A stretch of 64,000 nucleotides of DNA from Terriglobia bacterium (lineage in GTDB: Bacteria > Acidobacteriota > Terriglobia > JAJPHL01 > JAPKYU01): contig CBDBKE010000002.1 of the NCBI GenBank assembly GCA_965206645.1, positions 160,001-224,000 of the forward strand, in the 5' to 3' direction. Made by a program: the position numbers and the translations under genes. Below the pieces are notes generated by a model. It saw nothing but the letters and a program-made list of their open reading frames with translations, was not told the DNA's origin and did no database searches. Of the stretch, positions 24,522 to 35,093 are shown piece by piece. Position 1 is the stretch's first letter. Each line of letters begins with the position of its first letter.

Positions 24522-24556
24522 GCGGCCCACCGGCAACGGTGGGCCGCGATGTTTTT
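24522..24556 (+). terminator. Intrinsic terminator/attenuator hairpin
   Basis: GCGGCCCACCG-GCAA-CGGTGGGCCGC followed by GATGTTTTT. Confidence 0.75.
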
Positions 24557-24600
24557 AGCCTGCCAACGCTCAGACCGACCGCCCGAAGGGAGAACCGATC

Positions 24601-25650
24601 ATGATTATCTCAATGAGGCGAGGCGCCCCACGGGAAGAGATTGACCACGTCTGCGAGCGCATCCGGCAGTTCGGTTACAAGGTCCATTCCATCAAAGGAA
24701 AGGAGAGGGTGGTGATCGGAGCGGTCGGCAGTGGCGACCTCACCCGCGCGATCGAGCAACTGGAAGCGACCCCGGGAGTGGAGCGCGTGGTGCCCATCAG
24801 CCAGCCTTTCAAGCTGGTCAGCCGCGAGTTCCAGCGGGAGAAGACCACGATCCCCATTAATGGCCTGGAGATTGGCGGAATCGACTTCACGCTGATGGCC
24901 GGACCGTGCTCGGTGGAGAGCGAAGAGCAACTCTTGAGCACAGCCCGGGCGGTGCGCCAGGCCGGGGCACGAATCCTGCGCGGAGGCGCGTTCAAGCCCC
25001 GCACTTCCCCCTACGACTTCCAAGGGATGGAGCGCGAGGGGCTGGAGCTGCTGCGCAAAGCCAAGCAGGCCACCGGGCTGGCCATTATCACCGAGGTGAT
25101 GACCGACTCCGACGTGGACCTGGTGGCCGAATATGCCGACATCCTCCAGGTGGGCGCGCGCAACGTGCAAAACTTCGCGCTGCTCAAGGCGCTGGGCCAA
25201 CTGCAGAAGCCGGTGATGCTCAAGCGCGGCCTCAGCTCCACGCTGAAGGAGCTGCTGCTGTCGGCCGAATACATCGTCAGCAAAGGCAACGCCAAGGTCA
25301 TCCTATGCGAGCGTGGCGTGCGGACCTTTGAGACCTATACTCGCAACACCCTGGACCTGTCAGCGGTGCCGGCCCTGCAGGAACTCTCTCACCTGCCCGT
25401 CATCGTGGACCCCAGCCATGGCACCGGAAAACGCTCCCTAATCGCACCTATGGCTCGGGCGGCGGTAGCCTGCGGCGCCGATGGGCTGATGCTCGAGGTG
25501 CATCCTCGACCGGAAGACGCCTTCAGCGATGGCCCGCAGTCACTAACCTTGGAAATGTTCCAGCAGTTGATGGCCAGCCTCGAGCCTTACCTGGACCTGT
25601 GGAGAACAGAACGCGCCCAGCAGCGGCGGCCTGCCGCCGTTTCTGCGTAA
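24601..25650 (+). CDS. aroF: DAHP synthase type I-beta with N-terminal regulatory domain
   Basis: [37 protein letters not shown]. Confidence 0.95.
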   Translation: MIISMRRGAPREEIDHVCERIRQFGYKVHSIKGKERVVIGAVGSGDLTRAIEQLEATPGVERVVPISQPFKLVSREFQREKTTIPINGLEIGGIDFTLMAGPCSVESEEQLLSTARAVRQAGARILRGGAFKPRTSPYDFQGMEREGLELLRKAKQATGLAIITEVMTDSDVDLVAEYADILQVGARNVQNFALLKALGQLQKPVMLKRGLSSTLKELLLSAEYIVSKGNAKVILCERGVRTFETYTRNTLDLSAVPALQELSHLPVIVDPSHGTGKRSLIAPMARAAVACGADGLMLEVHPRPEDAFSDGPQSLTLEMFQQLMASLEPYLDLWRTERAQQRRPAAVSA

Positions 25651-25880
25651 CGATCTCATTCCGCGGGCCTCTGTGGGCACCTGGCCACCGGCTAGCCCAC
25701 AGCTCCTCACGCCGCTCAGGTACGGCCAATCTGGGTGGCGTCGCGCTCTTGCCCAGCCCGGCCCTCCGCTGACCCGTGGTGCCGGTGAGTGATGGTGAAG
25801 GTTATGGGGCAGTTGCGGTAACCGACCTCGAATTGTTTAGAATTGGGCGCTAGGCGAGCAAACCGGAGAAAGCTGCTCTA

Positions 25881-27250
25881 ATGGAGATTGCCATCATCGG
25901 CGCGGGGTATGTGGGATCGGTCACCGGGGTGGGGCTGTCCGAGATTGGTCATCGAGTCACGCTGGTGGACCACGATGCGGCCAAGATTGCCGAGCTTCGC
26001 CAGGGCCGCCTGCCGATTTACGAACCGGGCCTGGAAGAACTGGTGGCGCGCAATGCGGGCGCCGGGCGCCTCCACTTCTCGACAGAAATTCCGCCAGCAC
26101 TCAACCAGGCCTCGATCGTGTTCATCGCCGTGGGCACGCCTGCCCGCCAGGACGGCGAGGCCGACCTGACCGCCATCGAGGCGGTCTGCCGCGACATCGG
26201 GCGGTGTCTGACGAGCTACCGAGTGATCGTGGAGAAGAGCACCGTGCCGGTGAACACCTGTGAAAACATTCGTTCTCGCCGCGTCATCAACCTCAATCAC
26301 CACGGCGGCGACTACGACCTGGTGTCCAATCCGGAATTCCTTCGCGAGGGCTGCGGCCTGAACGATTTCTTCCGCCCGGATCGCATTGTGGTGGGGGCCG
26401 ATTCCGAGCAGGCGCGCCAACTGATGGCTGAACTCTATCGGCCGTTAACTTCCGGAGACTATTACCGCGCCGCCGGAATCAGGGACACTTCCCCACCGCC
26501 GTTGCTGCTCACCGATATCAAAAGCGCGGAATTGATCAAACACGCTTCCAACGCGTTTCTGGCAATGAAGATTTCCTTCATCAATGCCATCAGCATCCTG
26601 ACAGAGCAATCCGGAGCGGACATTGCGGATGTGGCGCACGGCATTGGACTGGATGCCCGCATTGGTGCCACCTTTCTCCAAAACCCGGCCTGGGTTATGG
26701 CGGCTCCTGCTTCCCCAAAGACCTGAAGGCCTTCTACCAGATCGCCGAGCAGCTTGGCTACGACTTCCGCCTCCTGCGCGAGGTGGAGGGCATCAATGAA
26801 GACCAGAAGGCGCGCTTCCTACGCAAGATCCGGGGGGCGATATGGAACCTCAGGGACAAGACCGTCACCGTGCTCGGCCTGGCTTTCAAACCCGACACGG
26901 ATGACATTCGCCAAGCGCCAGCCCTTGAGATCATCCGGGAACTTTTGCGGGAGGGTGCTTCGGTGCGCGCTTACGATCCCTGCGCCATGAAAAACGCGCA
27001 GCGCGTGCTACCCCAGGTGGTTTACTGCCAAGATGCTTACGCCACGCTCAAGGAATCCGACTGCCTGGTCCTGTGCACGGAATGGGACGAGTTCCGCCAG
27101 CTTGACCTGGCCCGGGTACGGAAGCTGATGCGCTACCCGATCGTGGTGGACGGCCGCAACGCCTTCGATCCGGCCACCATACGCGGGCACGGCTTCCACT
27201 ACAGTTCCATCGGGCGATCCGCACTAAGCTCCGAGTCGGGCTCCGAGTAG
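25881..27250 (+). pseudogene. ugd: UDP-glucose 6-dehydrogenase, frameshifted near 26675-26685
   Basis: GAGYVG, KSTVP, SNPEFLREG and KHASNAFLAMKISF are in frame 1. The catalytic GLGYGGSCFPKD and GLAFKPDTDD are in the shifted frame after ctccaaaaccc. Confidence 0.85.
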
Positions 27251-27314
27251 GCCAGCTCCACTTGGCGGCGATTCGACCCTCGCTCTTAACCCCACAAGGT
27301 TGGCAAGGAAACCG

Positions 27315-27707
27315 TTAGTCCTCCGGCAGCTTTTCTTCCTCCCGCAGCGGGGGCTCCCGTAGTTCATGGCCTTCTTCCATCAGTTTCACGGCCGGCGATG
27401 GTGTTCCTAGGCGACTGAGAATTTCAACGACTTCCGTCATACGCCGTTCCAGGGCAGCCACCCGGAGTTTCAAATCCCCCAGTTCCAGCATCTGTATCGA
27501 TGTCTTCGGTTGCCGAACCTTGGCTTCGAGCTCTTCAATCCGCCGCAAGACATGCGGCCTGGGTTCCTCGGGCGGCGTGCCGTAGAGGACTTGGTCGATC
27601 CAGCTTTTCGATACGCCAAGCTGCGACGCCAGCTCGCTCCAGGTCATTTGCAGGGCACTCTTTAGCATCTTCAGGCGCTTGACGAGTTCGCGGGAGTGTT
27701 CCTGCAT
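27315..27707 (-). CDS. XRE-family helix-turn-helix protein
   Basis: MTWSELASQLGVSKSWIDQV HTH pattern followed by a coiled coil. Confidence 0.65.
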   Translation of the reverse strand: MQEHSRELVKRLKMLKSALQMTWSELASQLGVSKSWIDQVLYGTPPEEPRPHVLRRIEELEAKVRQPKTSIQMLELGDLKLRVAALERRMTEVVEILSRLGTPSPAVKLMEEGHELREPPLREEEKLPED

Positions 27708-27981
27708 AAAGCCTTCTTATACACTAATGATTAATGTAAATACGCACATTATAAGCCTTACGGCATATTCTGAAAAGCTTACTATGCGTCAAGAAAACGC
27801 CTTGGCGGCTGTCAGCATTCCCAAGGTGCCAAAAACCCAAAGGACCAACCCGCAGGGTAGCGCAGGTCGGTACCGAGGTGCAAGGCCGGGACAGAAGGCT
27901 GGAGCGGCAAGGCCGGAGTGGGGGGCCCAAGTGGAGGGTGACGATCGGCACACTCAAGCATGACCGGATGAAGGTGAGACA

Positions 27982-28152
27982 ATGACGGCAGAGGAAATTC
28001 GCACGGAATGGAAGCGAGTCGCCGCGGCGGCTGAGACCGTGGGTGTCCCGCCAACCAATATAGAGCTGCTGAAACTGGGCGCGCTGATGGAAACTGCGGC
28101 CCAACTGGCGGACCTGAACCAGCGATTGGAACATCGCGACGATCGTGGCTGA
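27982..28152 (+). CDS. Small hypothetical protein (56 aa; below the ORF-track cutoff)
   Basis: AAGGTGAG RBS, then MTAEEIRTEWKRV...ETAAQLADLNQRLEHRDDRG-stop. Confidence 0.45.
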   Translation: MTAEEIRTEWKRVAAAAETVGVPPTNIELLKLGALMETAAQLADLNQRLEHRDDRG

Positions 28153-28224
28153 GCCCTTGGAACCAACCTGCATTCGCACCGCTCTTGAGAATGCCTTGCC
28201 GTACCGCTGACGCGTTGGGCTACC

Positions 28225-28674
28225 ATGGAAGTGATGATGTTCTGTGTGAGCTTGACGCTCCTATTGGCGCTGGCTGCATCCGGAGCCGGCGGTATCCCCT
28301 TCAAGCCTGCCACGGCAGAGGCGCGCGCCTCCCTCGCAAAAAAGGTGCGCAAGGTACGCCGCGCGCCCCCAAGCATCACCTTGGACAGACGTGGAGACCG
28401 TGTGGTCATCGTGGCCGCTCTCGGCGAAAAACCCACAGGCGGCTACGCGATCGAGATCACGCAAGTGAACTTGCACGGCTCTACCCTTACGGTCGAGGCC
28501 GGGGTCACTGTTCCCCCGAAGGACGCTATGGTGACCCAGGCGCTGACGTATCCGTTCGATGCGGTATGGATCCCAGCGGATCGCCTGGAGAACCTGCCCA
28601 AGCCGCTCACCGCGCGCCTGTCCGATGAGCAAGGGAAGGTCCTGGCGAAGGGTGGTCTGGGACAACCGCGCTAA
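28225..28674 (+). CDS. PrcB C-terminal domain protein (secreted)
   Basis: Signal peptide, LGEKPTGGYAIEI and VTQALTYPF motifs. Confidence 0.75.
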   Translation: MEVMMFCVSLTLLLALAASGAGGIPFKPATAEARASLAKKVRKVRRAPPSITLDRRGDRVVIVAALGEKPTGGYAIEITQVNLHGSTLTVEAGVTVPPKDAMVTQALTYPFDAVWIPADRLENLPKPLTARLSDEQGKVLAKGGLGQPR

Positions 28675-28727
28675 GTTGATGGGCGCGGAGCGCTGTGCTA
28701 GTCTGAGAGATACTGATAGTTCCCTGC

Positions 28728-28804
28728 GGTGAGCGTAGCTCAATCGGTAGAGCACCGGACTGTGGCTCCGGACGTTACGGGTTCGATCCCCGTCGCTCAC
28801 CCCA
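28728..28804 (+). tRNA. tRNA-His (GTG)
   Basis: Cloverleaf with acceptor GTGAGCG/CGCTCAC, G-1:C73, anticodon loop CT-GTG-GC, TTCGATC T loop and encoded CCA. Confidence 0.96.
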
Positions 28805-28887
28805 CCCCCGACTGGCAGCGCACCTTCTTGCTACAGATGAAAACAGCGCTTGACCCGGGCCTTCTGCCGCGCTAAAGGTGCGCCGAA

Positions 28888-31291
28888 ATGCCGCGCCGTC
28901 CCAAGGACATCCTACTGCCCGCATTGTTGTTCGTCGGCAACCTGACTCTGCTGGGGCCTTACCTGGTTGCCGAATTTTCCCTGCGCGGCTGGAGTGCTGA
29001 ATACACCTCGATCGGGCTGGCCCGCCTTTTCCAGCAGCAGCACTTTACCTGGAATCCGCTGTGGTACGGCGGCATTCCCTTCCACTACGCCGGCCCGCCC
29101 CTGCTGCCCGGCAGCGTGGCCCTGCTGGCCTGGCTGATCCCGGGCTTGTCGGTGGCGCGCGCTTACCACCTGGTGAGCGGGCTGGCTTACGCGCTGGCTC
29201 CGGTGACGCTGTATTTTCTCGCGCGGTATCTGCTGGGGAGCCGGCTTTGGGCCGCCGTTGCCGCGCTCGCTTACAGCATGCTGCCTTCTGCGATTTACCT
29301 GCTCCCCGATCCGGCCGGGCTGGCCCTCCGCTACGGGAGGGCCCCGTGGCCGTTCGTGACGCTGCTGGAATACGGTGAGGCAGGGCACCTGGCGGTTGCG
29401 GCCCTGCTGCCGTTGGTGCTGATAGCTGCCTGGCGCGCGCTGGAAGACTTTCGGTTCTTCAACTATTCCGTCGCTTCGTTTGCCGCCGCACTGCTGCCGC
29501 TGACGAGTCAGTCGGGCACTTTGGCGCTGACGATGGGGTTGGGGGCGGTGCTGGTGGCGCACGCAAGGCCGCATCGTCGGCATGGGCCGCACCCCGGACT
29601 ACCGGACCGCCATCAAGCGCACGCTGGCCATCTGGGTGACGGCCCACACCCTGGGCGCCTTCTGGCTGACCGCGGGCTCTTTTGCAACCCGAGCCAGCAT
29701 GGCCTACGTCGAGCACCTGGCCGAGCGGGTGCTGCTGAGCGAGATGAGCCTGTTCGCCGTTGGGGCCGTAGCCGCAGCCGGCGTGTTGCTGAGTCTGGCG
29801 ATGTGGTCGCGCACCCCGCCCATTGTCGCCTTCCTGCTCGCCTGGATTGCTCTGACCGGAGCTTCCGGCCTGGTGTTCTTGCAGGCCGGAAACGATTCCT
29901 TCTCCAAGCCGTGGCGCTCGGGCGTGGAATTCCACATGGCGCTGGCGCTGGCCTTGGGACTGGTGCTGTCACTGCTGCCGAAGCCGCTGCGGCTGACGCT
30001 GCTGGCCGCACCCATCATCATTGCCATGCTGGGAGCGTCGCATCTGTTTCTGCGGACCGCCTGGGGCCACCAGTTTGCGGCTGACCCGCGCGCCACCCTC
30101 TTCTACCAGCTCACCGATTGGTTGGCCCGCCAGCCACCCGGGCGGGTCTTCGTTTCGGGCGAACCTGCAGGCACGCTGAACGTGTTCACGGATATTCCGC
30201 AGGTGAGCGGTGGCAGCCCACAAGGCGCAGCCAATCCGCTGATCCTAGCGGCGCAGCGCGAAGCTGCCCTGGGTTCCTGCGACTCACGGCAGAAGGCGCG
30301 CCGCCTGGCGCAACTGTGGCCGCGCGCCCTCGGCTGCCGCCGCGTGCTGGTGCACTCAGCGGCGTCTCACGAGTACTACCATCACTACGTCTTTCCTGAG
30401 CGCTTTGCTGGACTGCCGCAACTGTTGAACAACGGGCGAGGCGACAAAATCTACGCCGTGCCCGGCGCCGGGCCAGCCGCAGTGGTGGTGAGCCTGGCGG
30501 CGCTGCGGCGGTTGCCCGCGCTGCGCTCCACTGACGACAGAAAAGCACTGGCCGCCTACGTGGCCTGGGCCCAAGGCAAGCGCCGGGCCCGGCTTGAGTG
30601 GACCAGGCACGACCGAGCGCGGGTGTCGGAAAATCTGGGCCGGGGCGAGGCGATCCTGGTCAAGACCAACTATGATTCAGGCTGGCTTGCTCGTGGCGGT
30701 CAGTTTCGGCTCACGGCCGACCCCATCGGCTTTCTGTTGCTCGAGCCCCGGCGTAGCGGAGCCCAGTCCTTTGAACTGCGCTACCGCGGCTCCTGGGACC
30801 TGTGGTTGGGCCGGGGTCTGGCCGCTGTCACCGCGCTGGTACTGCTGCTGGGCGGCGTGTCCCCGCTGCGGTTCGCGCTGGGGCTGGCGGTGGTGTGGCT
30901 GGCTTCGTTCGGGGTGTGGACCTGGAAGGAATCGCGGCACGGGCTGGGCAATCGCATCGCCGTTGCCCGGGAGGCCTTCGGACACCTGCAGCCGCCGCCG
31001 ATTTCCCCTGGCGGAATCGTGAACGCCGAGTCCTACCAGCCTCCGCCGCTCGCGCCCGGGCGCCCAGTGGCCATCTTCGGCCGCAATCTGGGCAATCCAC
31101 AGGACCGCCTCCGCATTCTGGTGGATGGGCGCGAAGCGGGCGTGCTGGATCGCTCCAGCCGCCGGGTGAGGATCGAACTACCTCCGATGGCTGGAGCACG
31201 GCGGGTGGAGATCGCCGCCGAAGTCAACGGCTGCCGGGGCAATGCCTTCCTGGTGGACGTTCGCGGCGGTGCCGCATCCGCGGGGCGCTGA
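28888..31291 (+). pseudogene. Polytopic GT-C-like (PTPS-related membrane protein type) with C-terminal IPT/TIG domain; apparent frameshift near 29560-29570
   Basis: WNPLWYGGIPF..Y.PP motif and many TMs. Reading continues in ORF 29582..31291, which ends with ISPGGIVNAESY...PG...IFG.NLG. Confidence 0.6.
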
Positions 31292-31336
31292 ACCTTGCCG
31301 AATGTAAGGCCGGCCGAATGTAAGGCAGGCCGTCCC

Positions 31337-32467
31337 CTACTCAGTCCCGAACACCAATACTCCCCGTGCCACCTTTCCTGATTCCATGTCATCAAAGGCT
31401 CGGGCCAAATCATCCAGCGGATAACGCTCAGTGATGAGCTCGTCAAGCTGAAGTTTTCCGGCGCGGTACAGCTCAAGAAGCATCGGGAGATCCAGCCGAG
31501 GTCGAATTGAGCCGGCAAATGAACCAAGCAGCCTCTTGTTTTGGTAGATCAAGGCTGCGGGCGAAATCGGAACCTCGACCTCGAGAATCGGCACGTCGGC
31601 CCTGGCAGAATGCAATCCCACAATGGTTGTCGTGCCTCCGGGTCGAGTGAGCGCCAGCGCCTGAGGTATTGTCGCCGCAGAACCTACGCTGTCGAAGATA
31701 TACTCTGGTCCGCCGTCGGTCAGGTCACGAAGGGCTTCTTCCAAATTCGACGTCTTCGGGTTCACGACGTGCGTTGCACCGAGGCGTTTGGCGAAGATCA
31801 GCTTACGGTCGATCACATCAATGGCCACGATTGGATTGCAGCCCGCTAATCTACAGCCCTGAACCGCACTAAGCCCTACGCCACCGCAGCCGATGACGGC
31901 AGCTGGCGTTCCCGCCTTTGCCTGCGCGGTGTTGATCACCGCACCAACCCCGGTTGCCACGGCGCAGCCGGTAATGGCTGCCACCTCGAACGGGACATCC
32001 GCGGGAAACAAGATCACGCTCGCCTCATCAACAACTGCGTGTTCTGCCATGGTGGCAGCGCCGAGCATGTGCTTCAACGCGATCCCGTCGAGCGTTTTTA
32101 GCCGAGAAGTTCCATCCAAAAGCATGCCCTTGAAAGTGGTGTCTGCGAATCGCTGGCAGAGGTTAGGACGACCGTTGAGGCATCGGGCGCACGTTTCGCA
32201 CGCCGGGAGCCAGTTGACGACAACACGGTCGCCCTGCTTAACCCGGCCGACCTGACTACCGACAGCCTCTACGACACCCGCCCCTTCGTGGCCCAAAACA
32301 ATAGGCGGCCTGACGCGCAACTCCCCTCTGTACACATGCAAATCAGAGTGGCAGACACCGGCCACGCGCATGCGGACCAAGACTTCGGTCGCTTTCGGCG
32401 GGTCGAGTTCAACCTCTTCAGTCGTCAGCCGACCAACCTCGCGCGCAAGTGCCGCTCGAATCCTCAT
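31337..32467 (-). CDS. Zn-dependent alcohol dehydrogenase (MDR, class III-like)
   Basis: CHSD, GHEG.G, CxxCxxC...C structural zinc site, GCGGVG. Confidence 0.92.
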   Translation of the reverse strand: MRIRAALAREVGRLTTEEVELDPPKATEVLVRMRVAGVCHSDLHVYRGELRVRPPIVLGHEGAGVVEAVGSQVGRVKQGDRVVVNWLPACETCARCLNGRPNLCQRFADTTFKGMLLDGTSRLKTLDGIALKHMLGAATMAEHAVVDEASVILFPADVPFEVAAITGCAVATGVGAVINTAQAKAGTPAAVIGCGGVGLSAVQGCRLAGCNPIVAIDVIDRKLIFAKRLGATHVVNPKTSNLEEALRDLTDGGPEYIFDSVGSAATIPQALALTRPGGTTTIVGLHSARADVPILEVEVPISPAALIYQNKRLLGSFAGSIRPRLDLPMLLELYRAGKLQLDELITERYPLDDLARAFDDMESGKVARGVLVFGTE

Positions 32468-33133
32468 CCTGTGATGCCCCCTGCTTGTGTTTGGCAGACA
32501 ATTCCGGCCATTCCGCCGCCGTGATTATGACCAAGACCTGGTTGTTGTTCAACCGCGCCGCGCTCGGAGTAGTAGGTCAGTTTCCGGGAAGCCGACTATT
32601 CGCCCAACTGAAACCGGGATTGATAAACGCTAGCCCGTTAGTGGTGACCTGTCCGGCATTGGTGGTGACAGGGGCTCTTCTCGACAGCCATCAGGCAGCG
32701 ATGATGCAGGAATGCTGCTTTCGAGTAGGGCAGATCAAAGTTCCATCGAAGAACCTAATTCGGGATTTGCAGACGATCTGCTATTAGCCAATATGAGTTG
32801 TGCCGGCGGAGATAACCAACTATAATCTGCGACTTGCACTTTATCCTGCTTCCGCTTTCTTTCCCGGCTGTAATCTCTACCCTGTTTTAGTCTGGTAACA
32901 TCTTTTGAGCAAAGGTAGCTGAACATGACCAGACGCGATCTCGTCCTGGCGGCACTGGCGCCCGCGAAGGGCGGTTTTTACCCCGCCGGAGGACAACCTG
33001 CAGGCTAAATATCGCAGCTAGCCTATCGGAAGCCGCCATCGCAAGGCAAGCGGGTTCGCGGCCCGGTTGGGGAGAATGGATTTAGAGCGTGATTCCCGAT
33101 TCCCCGCAGGGTTCCGGCGTGAGAAACAGCAGC

Positions 33134-34783
33134 TTACTGGTAATTGACGAAACTGATGACGTTATCCGAGTAACCCACATACCCATGATCGAGGCCGGAA
33201 GCTGTAAATGGGTTGATTATGTATACCCCCGTGAAGAGGGTGCCGGTAAAGAACTCAAAGGGCGGGAAGCCGATGGTGGTGGAGGGCGGCAGCGAGAGCA
33301 GGACGGCCGCAGGGACCGTGAACTGTCCGGGGCCGGATGGGACCTGGCAAAAAAAGGAAGCCCCGAAGGCGGTGCTGTCCGCATTGAGGACATAAGAAGC
33401 CCCCCCGATGATAACGGTGCCGTTGGCAGGCCCGCCCGTCCATTGAATGGTGAGATTCTGCGAGCGAGGAACGTTCGTGATGTTCGAGTTGGTCCAGTTC
33501 AAGGGAGCGCCAATGTTGATCGAGGACGAGAACGCTCCGACATCCGCGCCGCCCGGACCGCTGAAGGTGTAGTTTCCGGCGGTGATGTAGGTTCCGGGCT
33601 CCGGAGGAGTGTTGAACCTGGCGTCGTAAGTGCCTGGAAATTCCGTAAACCTTGGAATCTGGCGCGTGCCGTTGGGACCATTGACGGAGAGCGAAGCGCC
33701 CGCGTCGAGACCGACGGACGCGGCAAACGAGGGGTCTGGGGGGGCTTCCCCGGAGAAGTTGGAAACGACACAGCCGCCGATCGAAACCTGGTTGAGCCAT
33801 TCCTGAGATTGCAAGAGGGTCGCCTGGTCAACGCGAGCGAAGGTGGCGATCCCGTTTTCAAAAACCAGCGTGGTGGCGCCGCTGATGCCGAAGGAAGGGG
33901 CGCCGACCTTGCTCAGGAAGAAGGAGCCGATGCGGAGACTGCCCGTCGAGGAGAGTTGCTGCAAAGCTTCGGAAGACAAGCCGGTGGGATCGGAACAAGG
34001 GCCGCTGGTCGAGACGGCGATGGTGACGAAGTTGCTCACGATGTCATTGATCTTAACCGCGACGGGAATGGTGCAGCCGAGTTGCCCGGAAGGGACGATG
34101 AAATTGATCTGGTCAAGACCAGCGCAGCAGCCGGCGCGCCCTTGATATTGAACGTCTGCGTCGGCGGAGCCGACAAGGACTTCGACCGAAGCCGGCAGGT
34201 TGCCCTGGGCGGGCGGCTGGGTCTCGTCACCGGAGATGGGACCGAGGCCTGTTCCCCAAAGAATGACGACCTGACCGGGAGAGGCCGGGTTGAGGGCGGT
34301 GATCGGCTGGTTGCTGGCGTTGGTGATGATGGCGGCGCCGGTGCCGGCCTGGTTGAGCGTGAAGGCGCCGAAACTGGTCTCGACGACTTGGATGACGGCG
34401 GGCGCACTGGTGGTGCCGTTGTAAGTCAGCGTGAGGGTCCCGGTGCCGGTCGGCGTGTTGGAACGCAGGACAGCGGCGACCTGGCCGGCCGAGGTATAGA
34501 TCATGATGGCCTCGGTGGTGGTTCCCGAAACGGTGACGCTGATGGACGTGCCGACGAGATCCGTGGGGAGAGGGAACGAGGTTGCGTTCTGCAAGGTGGC
34601 CGGGCCGAGATTGGTTCCGAACACAATAAACATGCCGCCTTGGGGAATGCCGGAGTTGGGGAGCCCGGACAGGGCGTAACTCGCCGCGTTGACGACTCCG
34701 CCGGTGTTGATCACCGGTTGCTGCGCGACGGCAGTGGTGGCCAGAAACAGGAAAACTCCGAAAACGATACCGATTCGATTCAT
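33134..34783 (-). CDS. Secreted TIGR03437-like (IPT/TIG) surface protein
   Basis: Signal peptide, GGVVNAASY, IVFGTNLGP, ILWGTGLGP, GLDQINFIVP motifs. Confidence 0.8.
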   Translation of the reverse strand: MNRIGIVFGVFLFLATTAVAQQPVINTGGVVNAASYALSGLPNSGIPQGGMFIVFGTNLGPATLQNATSFPLPTDLVGTSISVTVSGTTTEAIMIYTSAGQVAAVLRSNTPTGTGTLTLTYNGTTSAPAVIQVVETSFGAFTLNQAGTGAAIITNASNQPITALNPASPGQVVILWGTGLGPISGDETQPPAQGNLPASVEVLVGSADADVQYQGRAGCCAGLDQINFIVPSGQLGCTIPVAVKINDIVSNFVTIAVSTSGPCSDPTGLSSEALQQLSSTGSLRIGSFFLSKVGAPSFGISGATTLVFENGIATFARVDQATLLQSQEWLNQVSIGGCVVSNFSGEAPPDPSFAASVGLDAGASLSVNGPNGTRQIPRFTEFPGTYDARFNTPPEPGTYITAGNYTFSGPGGADVGAFSSSINIGAPLNWTNSNITNVPRSQNLTIQWTGGPANGTVIIGGASYVLNADSTAFGASFFCQVPSGPGQFTVPAAVLLSLPPSTTIGFPPFEFFTGTLFTGVYIINPFTASGLDHGYVGYSDNVISFVNYQ

Positions 34784-34869
34784 TTCTCCTTCAATCCGGG
34801 ATTTCCATTATGGCCTCCCGGCTGTGCCAATGGTACACCCATTGGTCGGAATGGGAGCACATTTTTTGC

Positions 34870-35093
34870 CGCTCGACCTCGTCATGTGCTCAGCCTCGTG
34901 CAGCGACGGCCAGGTCACGATCGGCAGCAACCTGCTGGGCCAGCTCCCGCTCAGCAGCGAAGGCGCCGCGTTCTTGACTGCGAACTTTTTCTCCGACCTT
35001 CAGAGCGGCCGAATCGAGGCTTCCGGCCTGGACTTCGGCCTGTTTGGGTACAACGTCGGGGAGGTTCTTTTCGGAGTCACCCTGACGCAGTAA
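34870..35093 (+). pseudogene. C-terminal fragment of a paralogous TIGR03437-like gene
   Basis: LVMCSASCSDGQVTIGSNLLGQLPLS...IEASGLDFGLFGY parallels FFCQVPSGPGQFTVPAAVLLSLPPS...FTASGLDHGYVGY of the adjacent gene. Confidence 0.55.

Noticed and set aside
28728-28804. tRNA-His as attachment site of an integrated element
   Set aside because: No duplicated tRNA 3' end and no integrase seen in the window
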